64,000 nucleotides of DNA from Candidatus Zhuqueibacter pondensis (lineage in GTDB: Bacteria > Zhuqueibacterota > Zhuqueibacteria > Zhuqueibacterales > Zhuqueibacteraceae): NCBI GenBank assembly GCA_034505955.1, contig JAPDQK010000031.1, positions 2,320-66,319 of the forward strand, in the 5' to 3' direction. Under the pieces are notes generated by a model. The model did no database searches and was not told the origin of the DNA. It saw only the letters and a program-made list of their open reading frames with translations. Shown piece after piece: positions 10,617 through 19,569 of the stretch (positions within the stretch are counted from its first letter, which is position 1; each line of letters opens with the position of its first letter). The position numbers were made by a program, and so were the translations under genes.

Positions 10617-10850
10617 TTATTGCCATGGAATTGTTGTTGCAATTGCGCAAAATCTTTTTTATTTTTCAAGGAGTCGGGCAAAATCAACGCCTGATCGGCC
10701 AGCGCACTTGGATCGCTGTCATTCTGTAGGCTGCACCTGCAGGGAATCTCCATTGTTCCCTGAGTGTAAAAAGAGGCTTCCGGAATGACAACTTGGGTGG
10801 GCGGCAAAAAATATGAAAAGAATTCCCGGTCCATCAACTCTGCAAGGGTC

Positions 10851-13800
10851 ATGCTAAGTTTCGTCCATCTGCACAATCATTCGCATTACAGTTTGCTCGA
10901 CGGTGCGTGTCGCATCGAAGATCTGGTTGAAGCCGCGAAGCGCTGCAACATGCCGGCACTGGCGCTTACTGATCACGGCAACATGTTTGGCACGATCGAG
11001 TTTTATAAAACCTGCCGGAAAGCCGGCATCAAGCCCGTGATCGGCGTCGAGGCCTATATGGCCCCACGCAGCCGCAAGGAGAAAACCGTTCAGAAAGGTA
11101 ATGTTTCCGATGCCTCCTATCACCTGCTGCTGCTTGCCAAAAATCTGCAAGGCTACAAAAATTTGATGCGGCTGGTTTCCATCGGTTTTCTCGAGGGCTT
11201 CTATTATCGGCCGCGCATTGACCGCGAGGTGCTGGCGAAATATCGCGAGGGGATCATTGTGCTGTCCGCCTGCTTGAAAGGGGAGGTGGCGAACAAACTG
11301 CTCAATGAAGGCTATGAAGCCGCGCGAAAAGTGGCGCTCGAGTATCGCGAAATTTTCGGCGATGATTATTATCTCGAGATTCACAATCACCATATTCCCG
11401 AAGAAGACAACGTCCGCGAAGGTGTGCTCCAGCTCAGCCGCGATCTGAGCATTCCGGTAGTGGCGACGAACGATACGCATTATCTCAAGCGTGAGCACGC
11501 CATGCCTCATGACGTGCTGCTATGCCTGCAAACCGGCAAAGATCGCGACGACCCCAACCGGCTGCGATACACAACCGATGAGATCTATTTCAAGAGTGTC
11601 GAGGAAATGCAAGCCTCCTTTCCAGAAAATCCGGAGGCGCTCAATCTCAGCGTGGAGATTGCCGACAAGTGCAACCTCGAGCTGGATTTCAAATCGATTC
11701 ACCTGCCGACGTTCAAAATTCCCGAGCCACACAGCAACAGAAGCCTGGATGAATATCTCGAACAGCTTGCCTTCGAGGGCGTCAAAAAGCGCTATAAACA
11801 AGTCACACCCGAGATTGATCAGCGCCTGCGCCACGAGCTCGAGGTGATCAAGCAAACCGGCTATGCCGGCTACTTTCTGATCGTACAGGATTTCATTCAA
11901 TATGCCCGTTCGGCCGGGATTCCAGTGGGACCGGGGCGGGGCTCTGCTGCCGGGAGTTTGGTGAGTTACTGCATCGGCATCACCAATATCGATCCGCTCA
12001 AATACAACCTGATTTTCGAGCGTTTTCTCAATCCCGAGCGCATCACGATGCCCGATATCGACATCGACTTTTGCTACGAGCGCCGCGAGGAGATCATCGA
12101 TTATGTCCGGCAAAAATATGGCGAGAACAACGTCACCCAGATCATCACGTTTGGCACCATGGCCGCGCGTGCCGTGATTCGTGACGTTGGGCGGGTGCTC
12201 AAGCTGCGTTACAGTGACGTCGACAAAATTGCCAAAATGATTCCCGCAGCCCCCGGCATTACCCTCGATAAGGCTCTGGAAACGGTTTCCGAGCTGCGCG
12301 CGCTTGTCAATAGTGATGCAACGCACCGGCAGCTGATCGACTACTCTCAAGTCCTGGAAGGACTGGCGCGCCATGCTTCCACACACGCCGCCGGCGTGGT
12401 CATCACCCCGGATGAATTGACCAACTACACGCCGCTTTACAAATCCAACACCGGCGATGTGACCACGCAGTACGACATGAAAGCGCTCGAGCTTGTTGGT
12501 GTGCTCAAGATGGATTTTCTCGGCCTGCGCACGCTCACGGTGATGGACAAAACCGTCAAGATGCTCCGCCAAAAAGGTGTCGAGATCGATCTCGACCACC
12601 TGCCGCTCGATGACCCCAGAACTTATGAGCTTTTTGGCAACGGTGAGACCATCGGCCTGTTCCAGTTTGAAAGCTCGGGCATGCGCGAGTATCTCAAAAA
12701 GCTCAAGCCCCAATGTTTGGATGATCTTATCGCCATGAATGCGTTGTATCGCCCCGGGCCGATGGAGATGATCGATGATTTTATTGCCCGCAAGCACGGT
12801 CTCAGGAAAATTGAGTATTTGCATCCGGCGCTCGAGCCGATTTTGCGCGAGACCTACGGCGTCATCGTTTATCAGGAACAGGTCATGCGTATCGCGAGCG
12901 AGCTGGCTGGTTTCACATTGGGCGGCGCCGATCTTTTGCGTCGTGCCATGGGAAAGAAAATCCCCGAGCTGATGGCCGAGCAGCGCAAGCAATTTGTCAG
13001 CGGCGCAAAGGAGCGCGGCGTTTCAGAGCATGTTGCGAACCAGATTTTTGATGTGATGGACAAATTTGCCGGCTACGGTTTTAATAAGTCGCATGCCGCC
13101 GGCTACTCCCTGGTGGCGTATCAAACCGGCTATTTGAAGGCGCATTTTCCGGCGGAGTTCATGGCCGCCACGCTGACCAGCGAAATGACCAGCACCTCTC
13201 GGATCGTGACACTGATAGAAGAATGCCGGCGACTGGGAGTGCCGGTCCTGCCGCCGGACGTGAATGAAAGTTTTGCCGAATTTGTCGTCATTGATGATGC
13301 GCATGTCGTGACCGAGCCCAAATCGAGTAAACCGAATGGCACCTGTGCCAATGTCGCGCAAAAAGCCATTCGCTACGGTCTTGGCGCGATTAAAAATGTC
13401 GGTTTGGGTGCCATTGAAAGCATCGTTAAAGCGCGCCAAACGAAGGGCAAATTCAGTTCACTCTTTGATTTCTGCAGCCGGGTCGATCTTCGGCTGGTCA
13501 ACAAAAAAGTTTTGGAAAGCTTGATCCAGGCTGGTGCGATGGATTCGCTTGCACCGAAAGGTAATCGCAATCAACTATTCCAAGCCATCGATCTCGCCAC
13601 CGCTTACGCGCAACGCTTCCATGACCAACGTTCCCGCGGCCAGGTTTCGATTTTCGATCAAGGCAGTACCGAAATGATCACCGAGCCGCCATTGCCGGAA
13701 TTCCAGGATTGGCCCGAAGCCGAACGACTGAATCGGGAAAAAGATTTTCTCGGCCTCTATCTTTCCAGTCATCCGTTGCAGCGTTTTCGTGAAGAAGTCA

Positions 13801-14420
13801 GCCTTTTTTCCAGCACACCTTTGCAGGATTTGGAAGGCCTGCCCGACGGCGCGCAGATCATGATCTGCGGGATCATCACCAACATCAAAACGATTGTGGA
13901 TCGCAAAGGTGCGAGCATGGCTTTCCTCACCTTTGAAGATTTTGCCGGCAGCACGGAGGCCATTGTCTTTAGCGATACCTATGCGGCCCATCGCGAACGG
14001 CTGCAACCGGAAGCCGTCGTTGTGCTCGTGGGCCGTACTTCGACGCGCGAAGATGAGCCAACAAAAATCTTGGTTGAAAAAGTGATGAGCCTGGAGGAGG
14101 CGTGGCAGGAGATTCCCAAAAAATTGACCCTGGAGATTCCGGTGCAGCAGATGAACGACACGACATTGCAACAACTGTTGAAATTACTTCGTGCCAATCA
14201 GGGATCATGCCAGCTGTTTTTTCGACTCCGCGGCGAGGATGCGTCGAATTACCACTTTCGCTCCCGCGCGCTCAAAGTGCGGCCGAATGCAAGTTTATTG
14301 CAACGCGCCAGAGAATTTTTGGGTCCCAATATGGTACGAGTCGACGTCGCCATCCCGAACGGCCGGCTCAATAATCGCGGTCGACCCGAATTTTCACATG
14401 AGCAAGCCCTGTACCACTGA
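10851..14420 (+). CDS. dnaE: DNA polymerase III alpha subunit
   Basis: PHP domain HLHNHSHYSLLDG, polymerase core GPGRGSAAGSLVSYCIGIT and FERFLNPER..MPDID, C-terminal OB-fold region. Start trimmed to the ATG at 10851 (MLSFVHLHNH). Confidence 0.95.
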   Translation: MLSFVHLHNHSHYSLLDGACRIEDLVEAAKRCNMPALALTDHGNMFGTIEFYKTCRKAGIKPVIGVEAYMAPRSRKEKTVQKGNVSDASYHLLLLAKNLQGYKNLMRLVSIGFLEGFYYRPRIDREVLAKYREGIIVLSACLKGEVANKLLNEGYEAARKVALEYREIFGDDYYLEIHNHHIPEEDNVREGVLQLSRDLSIPVVATNDTHYLKREHAMPHDVLLCLQTGKDRDDPNRLRYTTDEIYFKSVEEMQASFPENPEALNLSVEIADKCNLELDFKSIHLPTFKIPEPHSNRSLDEYLEQLAFEGVKKRYKQVTPEIDQRLRHELEVIKQTGYAGYFLIVQDFIQYARSAGIPVGPGRGSAAGSLVSYCIGITNIDPLKYNLIFERFLNPERITMPDIDIDFCYERREEIIDYVRQKYGENNVTQIITFGTMAARAVIRDVGRVLKLRYSDVDKIAKMIPAAPGITLDKALETVSELRALVNSDATHRQLIDYSQVLEGLARHASTHAAGVVITPDELTNYTPLYKSNTGDVTTQYDMKALELVGVLKMDFLGLRTLTVMDKTVKMLRQKGVEIDLDHLPLDDPRTYELFGNGETIGLFQFESSGMREYLKKLKPQCLDDLIAMNALYRPGPMEMIDDFIARKHGLRKIEYLHPALEPILRETYGVIVYQEQVMRIASELAGFTLGGADLLRRAMGKKIPELMAEQRKQFVSGAKERGVSEHVANQIFDVMDKFAGYGFNKSHAAGYSLVAYQTGYLKAHFPAEFMAATLTSEMTSTSRIVTLIEECRRLGVPVLPPDVNESFAEFVVIDDAHVVTEPKSSKPNGTCANVAQKAIRYGLGAIKNVGLGAIESIVKARQTKGKFSSLFDFCSRVDLRLVNKKVLESLIQAGAMDSLAPKGNRNQLFQAIDLATAYAQRFHDQRSRGQVSIFDQGSTEMITEPPLPEFQDWPEAERLNREKDFLGLYLSSHPLQRFREEVSLFSSTPLQDLEGLPDGAQIMICGIITNIKTIVDRKGASMAFLTFEDFAGSTEAIVFSDTYAAHRERLQPEAVVVLVGRTSTREDEPTKILVEKVMSLEEAWQEIPKKLTLEIPVQQMNDTTLQQLLKLLRANQGSCQLFFRLRGEDASNYHFRSRALKVRPNASLLQRAREFLGPNMVRVDVAIPNGRLNNRGRPEFSHEQALYH

Positions 14421-14543
14421 AGCCGGAAATATTGATTCCGAAGCATTTTCATGTTTGTCCGTTCTGCCAGATCGAAAGCATTTCCAATGGCAGGCATAAT
14501 TGGGCAGGATCCAATTCCCCGAACCAAACTGAGACGTATTGCG

Positions 14544-15011
14544 ATGACCGTACTTTCCGTGGAGAAAATCCTTCGTCAAACCCGCGCCAAACTGTGGCAG
14601 GTTGTTTCGCAGTTTTCCCAAGCCGCGAAGTGGGCCGACGGCGTGGAAAAAACGGAACATGTTTCAGGTGAGGCGGCCAATGTCGGCGGCGTGTGGCGTG
14701 TGCACCTGCGATGGGATGACTCTTATCAAATTGTTGATCTCGAGATTACCGAGTGGCTTGAAGGTGAGCGGTTCGGCTTGCGTCCTCTGGGCACGCCGCG
14801 GGCAGATGACGACATCGTACTCTATCAGATCGTCTTTAATCTCAAGGCGTTGCCAGATGGTCAAACACAAATTGGCTTGCAGTGCGAATATGCCCCGCGC
14901 AAGCGTATGGCCAAAATCAAAAATCTTGCCTTCCTGCGCCGGCAATATTTGCATCGTTTGCAAGCCAGTCTGGAAGCGCTGGAACGGTTCACGAGCGAGA
15001 GGGTCTTGTAA
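14544..15011 (+). CDS. SRPBCC (START/polyketide-cyclase-like) family protein
   Basis: About 155 aa from the ATG at 14544. The pattern of alternating beta strands plus a long C-terminal helix and the KLWQVVSQFSQAAKWADGVEK segment resemble SRPBCC proteins. Assignment is weak. Confidence 0.45.
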   Translation: MTVLSVEKILRQTRAKLWQVVSQFSQAAKWADGVEKTEHVSGEAANVGGVWRVHLRWDDSYQIVDLEITEWLEGERFGLRPLGTPRADDDIVLYQIVFNLKALPDGQTQIGLQCEYAPRKRMAKIKNLAFLRRQYLHRLQASLEALERFTSERVL

Positions 15012-15017
15012 GCCACA

Positions 15018-17459
15018 ATGATTAGAATAAAGTCTCATTATCCTGCCGCTTGTTTTTTAAATTTGATGCTGTTTGCCGTCGCAGTTGACGTTGCCCTGCT
15101 CCACGCGCAAATTACCGTTTCCGTCAACCCGGCCAACATGCAGGATGCACGGGTTCTCCTGACTAATCCTGCGGCGGCTTCCATGCCAGAGGCACGCGCA
15201 TACCTCGGCTTGAAATTGATTTATCCCGGTGCTGTCCCGCAAAACACCTTTGCGCTGAAAGCATCATACTTCAACATCTCTGTTCCCCGTCTTGGCCGAT
15301 ATGATTTTGCAGCCGGCTTGCATGGCCGTTATTTCAACACCCCACTTTTTCAAGAAGGGCGGTTCGGCGCCATCGTTGCGCGCCAGTTCACGGAACGAGT
15401 GTTCATTGGGGTGGACCTGGCGCTGCTCTTTGAAAGCTACAACAAGGAAAATTTCGATTTGGTTGATGCCAACGATCCGGTTTTTCGTCGTGGCACTTCA
15501 GCCGCCGCGTTTGATTTGGGAATCGGTGTTCTGGCGAAATTGCACGAAAAGCTCACGCTCGCAACCTCAGTTTCTCATCTCACCCAACCTGACGTAGCAC
15601 TCGGCGGTGCACCCTTCAAGCTGCCATTTGAATCGCTGCTCGGATTGCGCTTCGTTCAAAATTTTTTGCGCTTCGATGTCGGGGCTCACCTTTGGCGGGA
15701 GCAAATCTACCCGATTGGTGGCGCCGAAATTTTTTCGTCACGCAGCGATCGGCTTCGTCTCGGTTACGGCTTGAACAACTTTTTGTTCGAAGGAAAAATC
15801 TTGCTGCGGGGCAACGCCTCATTCTTTTATTGTTTCAATTTGCCAACCAATGATCTCGGCCTGTTGAGCGCCGGTTCGCATGAAGTGGGATTCATCTATG
15901 CGTTTGGCGCGCAGCCTCGCAGCAGGCTCGAGCGCGAAGCCCATGATTTCACGCTGCACAGCGACGCGGATCTGCAAACCATCGAGTTCAATGAACCGGT
16001 GGTATACCGAATCAGCCTCGCGCCGAGAGGGCAAATGACCAGCCGTATACGGTTGGGAATTCGCGATCTGCCGGCAAATATCGCAGCCGAGTTTGTTCCA
16101 TCTGAAATCGGCCCTCATGAAATCTCCCGGCTAACGCTGCGACCTCAGCCGAATTTAGTGCCGGGTGAATATGTCATTCATGTCGAAGGACGTCCCCTGG
16201 CTCGGACAGAGACGACACGCCTGCTGCCGCTGCGACTCAGGGTAAAGGCCAAACCTCGCCTGCTCGCCGCCGTGCGTGCCACCGTTGATACCGTGCTGTT
16301 CACCGAACTGCGCGAAGTACAAGAAGAACTTCCGATTATTCCGCGTATTTTTTTTCCGCGAAATTCTGCTGAATTGGCGCCAACGCGGTATGACCTTCTC
16401 ACGCCCAGGCAACAGAGCATGTTTTCCAGCGATGTGCGGGAGATCAATGCCGCCTATCGCAATCTGCTGAATATTATTGCCGATCGTTTACGCGCCAATC
16501 CCGCGATGCAAGTGACACTCAAAGGATACAGCTCCGGTGCAACGATCGAGAACGATCCCGGCGAGCTTTCGCGCCAGCGTGCTGAAAAAGTTCGTGATTA
16601 TCTCGTGCGCAGCGCTGGTGTCAATCCCCATCAAGTCCGGGCCGAAGCCGGTGAAATCGATGCACGCGAAGCCGGCGCCCGTGACCCGTTGCGCCTGGAG
16701 GAATTGCAGCGTGTCGATATTGAAGTGCGCAGCGAAGACGAGGAAAAACTGCTCGCGCCCATCACCTTTGAGAAAAAAGAAATCGATGCCATGCCGAAGC
16801 GTTGCGGGTTTCTTACGCATGCGTCTTTCGCCGAGGCAGGTTTGGAAAATTGGCGGCTGTTCCTCCTCGCAGACCGCGACACGGTCGGTGTTCTGGCGGG
16901 AAAACAAACTTTGCCCGACACGATTTGGTGGGATTGGCAATTCGGGCCGGCATGGAGCAATCGGCAGACGAAATTTTGGCAGGAAGTTCGTTATTCGTTG
17001 TGGCTGCAAGATCGCGCTGGGCAAGTGAGCGCCACGCCGTGGCAAAATATTCGTAGCCGCCGGGTTCAGCAGGAATCCATTCACATCGAAAGAATTCCCA
17101 TCATTCTCTTTGCCTTTGATGAGTATGAGCTCGACCGAACCTCACGGCGTTTGCAGACCAAGCTCCGGCAAATTGCCGATAAGCTGCGCAGCGACCCGGC
17201 CGCTGTCGCTCAACTCTATGGCCACACCGATGCCATCGGCACACCCGAGCATAACAAACAACTTTCCATTCAGCGCGCCCAGCATGTTTCTGCGGAATTG
17301 GTGAAAATGGGCATCTCCAGCGCGCGGCTTTTCGCTTATGGCTTCAGTGAAACTCAGCCCCTGGCGGACAATCGTCTGCCGGAAGGACGCATGATGAACC
17401 GGCGGGTGGAGGTGCATATTCGGCATTCGAGCGACCTCACCAACAAGAGCAGACGATGA
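15018..17459 (+). CDS. Outer-membrane protein: N-terminal PorP/SprF-like beta-barrel (tentative) plus two OmpA-like peptidoglycan-binding domains
   Basis: 813 aa with a signal peptide ending LLHAQ. Barrel-like N-terminal ~300 aa with an NPAAAS motif. One degenerate OmpA-like domain (res ~470-560). One canonical OmpA domain at the C-terminus (YGHTDAIGTPEHNKQLSIQRAQHVSAELV...NRRVEVHI). Confidence 0.7.
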   Translation: MIRIKSHYPAACFLNLMLFAVAVDVALLHAQITVSVNPANMQDARVLLTNPAAASMPEARAYLGLKLIYPGAVPQNTFALKASYFNISVPRLGRYDFAAGLHGRYFNTPLFQEGRFGAIVARQFTERVFIGVDLALLFESYNKENFDLVDANDPVFRRGTSAAAFDLGIGVLAKLHEKLTLATSVSHLTQPDVALGGAPFKLPFESLLGLRFVQNFLRFDVGAHLWREQIYPIGGAEIFSSRSDRLRLGYGLNNFLFEGKILLRGNASFFYCFNLPTNDLGLLSAGSHEVGFIYAFGAQPRSRLEREAHDFTLHSDADLQTIEFNEPVVYRISLAPRGQMTSRIRLGIRDLPANIAAEFVPSEIGPHEISRLTLRPQPNLVPGEYVIHVEGRPLARTETTRLLPLRLRVKAKPRLLAAVRATVDTVLFTELREVQEELPIIPRIFFPRNSAELAPTRYDLLTPRQQSMFSSDVREINAAYRNLLNIIADRLRANPAMQVTLKGYSSGATIENDPGELSRQRAEKVRDYLVRSAGVNPHQVRAEAGEIDAREAGARDPLRLEELQRVDIEVRSEDEEKLLAPITFEKKEIDAMPKRCGFLTHASFAEAGLENWRLFLLADRDTVGVLAGKQTLPDTIWWDWQFGPAWSNRQTKFWQEVRYSLWLQDRAGQVSATPWQNIRSRRVQQESIHIERIPIILFAFDEYELDRTSRRLQTKLRQIADKLRSDPAAVAQLYGHTDAIGTPEHNKQLSIQRAQHVSAELVKMGISSARLFAYGFSETQPLADNRLPEGRMMNRRVEVHIRHSSDLTNKSRR

Positions 17460-17499
17460 CGCGTTTTCTTACACGGGTTTCTTTGGTTGCCTTCAGGAG

Positions 17500-18846
17500 T
17501 CAACCCACCTGATCCGGCTCTGTGATCCAATGCTTCCCTTGTGCATTCAGCATTCCATGAATCAGATTTGGTGGTGACACAGGTTCCGGGCCGATTGCAA
17601 AACATGCTCGCATCTTCTGCGGAAAATGATGAGCGGGCGGCTGCTGCGAATTTTGCAGCGTAACGAGCGGCTCACCGGGCTGAACACGATCTCCCACCTT
17701 TTTGTGAATCAAAACTCCGGCGGTATAATCAATCGTGTCTGCCAGCCGATTGCGTCCGGCGCCGAGCAACATGCAGAGCCGCCCGATTTCCCGCGTGTTG
17801 ATGGCAGTGACATAGCCTTCGAGTTCGGCGATCACCTCGCAAGAAAATTTGGGCGCCGGATACTTGTTTGGGTTCTCTACAAACGTTACCTCGCCTTCTT
17901 GTGCATTCACCACTTCCAGGAATTTTTTCCAGGCTGCACCATTCTGGAGCAAAGTACGAAGTTGTGCCATGCCGATGTTCAAATCTTTGGCTTTGCCAGC
18001 AAGCTGCAACATGAGCGCACCAAGCACAAGCGTCACTTTTCGGAGATCCTCCGGCCCGCCTCCTTTGAGCACCTCGATGGCTTCGCAGACTTCGACCCAG
18101 TTACCCGCCGCCACACCGAGCGGTTGTGACATGTCGGTGAGCAATGCGACGCTTTTCAAATTGAACGCGGTGGCAGTGCGAATGAGATGTTCGGCGAGTT
18201 TCTCCGCCATGTTGGCGTCTTCAAAGATGGCACCGTTTCCGACCTTGACATCCAGCACCAGGGCATCGAGGCCTTCTGCGAGCTTTTTACTGAGAATGCT
18301 GCCGCAGATCAACGGAATCGATTGCACCGTGGCCGTGGCATCGCGCAGCGCGTAGATTTTGCGATCAGCCGGACAGATTTCTTCGGTTTGGCCGATCAAG
18401 CACGTGCCAATTTCTTCAACTTGCTTTTTAAAACGAGACATCGGAAGCCTGGTTTTGAAGCCCGGGATGGATTCGAGCTTGTCGAGGGTGCCGCCGGTGT
18501 GCCCGAGTCCACGGCCGGAAATCATGGGAACATAAACGCCCGCCGCTGCCACAAGTGGCGCGAGAATCAACGATACTTTATCACCGACGCCACCGGTACT
18601 GTGTTTGTCAACTTTGGCGCCGGGAAGATGTGACCAGTCGACGACTTCGCCGGAATCGCGCATGATGCGCGTGAGCGCCACAGTTTCGTCAAAATTCATG
18701 CCTCGAAAATAAATCGCCATGAGCAGGGCCGACATCTCGTAGTCGGCTATCTCGCCTCTCAAGTACGCCTGCACGAAAAAGTTGATTTCACTTTCGGCCA
18801 GCGCATTGCCATCCCGTTTCTTTTGAATGATCTCGCGTGCCGTCAT
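17500..18846 (-). CDS. deoA: Thymidine / pyrimidine-nucleoside phosphorylase
   Basis: 448 aa with the KHSTGGVGDK phosphate-binding motif. N-terminal MTAREIIQKKRDG... is typical of the family. Confidence 0.9.
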   Translation of the reverse strand: MTAREIIQKKRDGNALAESEINFFVQAYLRGEIADYEMSALLMAIYFRGMNFDETVALTRIMRDSGEVVDWSHLPGAKVDKHSTGGVGDKVSLILAPLVAAAGVYVPMISGRGLGHTGGTLDKLESIPGFKTRLPMSRFKKQVEEIGTCLIGQTEEICPADRKIYALRDATATVQSIPLICGSILSKKLAEGLDALVLDVKVGNGAIFEDANMAEKLAEHLIRTATAFNLKSVALLTDMSQPLGVAAGNWVEVCEAIEVLKGGGPEDLRKVTLVLGALMLQLAGKAKDLNIGMAQLRTLLQNGAAWKKFLEVVNAQEGEVTFVENPNKYPAPKFSCEVIAELEGYVTAINTREIGRLCMLLGAGRNRLADTIDYTAGVLIHKKVGDRVQPGEPLVTLQNSQQPPAHHFPQKMRACFAIGPEPVSPPNLIHGMLNAQGKHWITEPDQVG

Positions 18847-18969
18847 GTATGCTCCGCTTGGGTTTTTACGAAATTACTCTGCTGATTCATGATTTCAAAA
18901 GATAGGCAAATCACAATGAAAAAGCAAGTCTGGCAGCAGAGGTGGGAAGATTTTTGGGCGATAGTGAAG

Positions 18970-19177
18970 TATACTGGTTTAGGGTTAGTTTTTGCATGCT
19001 ACCAAACTCGTCTGTCATTCTGGAAGACTGCGTCCGTAGACTACGCCCGCAGGGAATCTTTTTCAGCATCAACTAAGACGTTAGAAATTCACGCTTTACT
19101 TCATGCGTAAAAATATTCCCTACGGGCGTAGCGTCCTGAATGACATTGCAGTGAAATTTTCACCCTAAACGAGTATA
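18970..19177 (+). mobile_element. MITE family 2, copy a (foldback element with TATACTSGTTTAGGGT terminal inverted repeats)
   Basis: tatactggtttagggt...accctaaacgagtata. The interior carries two inverted REP-like units (ctacgcccgcagggaatc / gattccctacgggcgtag). Near-identical inverted copy at 35665-35886 and a shorter copy at 44063-44227. Confidence 0.85.
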
Positions 19178-19332
19178 ACAGGAGTCGAATGGCCGGCAGG
19201 CAAAAAATCCCGAGGGGACCACCGGCACGGTCACAGACTCATCATCGTATCAATCACCAGGAGAGCGGTGCGGAAGTACCCCAGTTATAGTATTACCCTG
19301 AAAAAATTCTCACAACCCCGAAGATTTTCTAA

Positions 19333-19497
19333 CGTGAATTATTCTTAACCAAAAAGGCACGAAGACACAAAGTTTTGATTTTAGAGAATGACTGGCAGAG
19401 TGGCTATGAAAATTCAGTTTTTTCCCTTGAAGCTTGACAAGTCTTTTCTCTTCGTGTTTTTGTGTCTTGGTGGTTTAAGTTTTATGAATAATTCAGG
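19333..19497 (-). mobile_element. MITE family 1, copy B (inverted relative to copy A)
   Basis: The reverse complement aligns end to end with 4117-4280. Confidence 0.85.
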
Positions 19498-19569
19498 CTA
19501 AAGACAAAATGATTAACGATAAAATTATTTTGTCGTCAAATTATTTTGTGGGTTACGGCAAAAGCTGCT

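Noticed and set aside
10785-10850. N-terminal extensions offered by the ORF track for dnaE (10785), recN (7858), the M16 peptidase (36059), SRPBCC (14451), the histidine kinase (49388), the Cys-rich protein (54002), the 714-aa CTD protein (35369) and the CHASE2 kinase (42806)
   Set aside because: In each case an internal ATG or GTG reproduces the family-typical N-terminus or signal peptide. That start either has a better RBS or avoids overlap with a promoter or upstream gene. Starts remain unverified without experimental data.
11520-12992. 490-aa ORF antisense to dnaE. Similar long antisense ORFs: 36155-37534 and 37577-38941 (M16 peptidase), 25690-26775 (propeller protein), 40593-41534 (CHASE2 kinase), 55463-56245 (NuoF-like), 59174-60028 (GltB-like), 52735-53607 (GNAT-like), 21001-21885 and 21898-22722 (CHAT/TPR genes), 33111-33821, 62704-63465, 9792-10601, 6672-7373.
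   Set aside because: Each lies entirely opposite a gene with strong family motifs. Their translations are low-complexity (Arg/Gly/Ala/His-rich) with no motifs. These are typical shadow ORFs of moderately GC-rich coding DNA.
18889-19110. 73-aa ORF downstream of deoA
   Set aside because: More than half of it is translated from MITE family 2 copy a. The same repeat sequence elsewhere is non-coding and occurs in both orientations.
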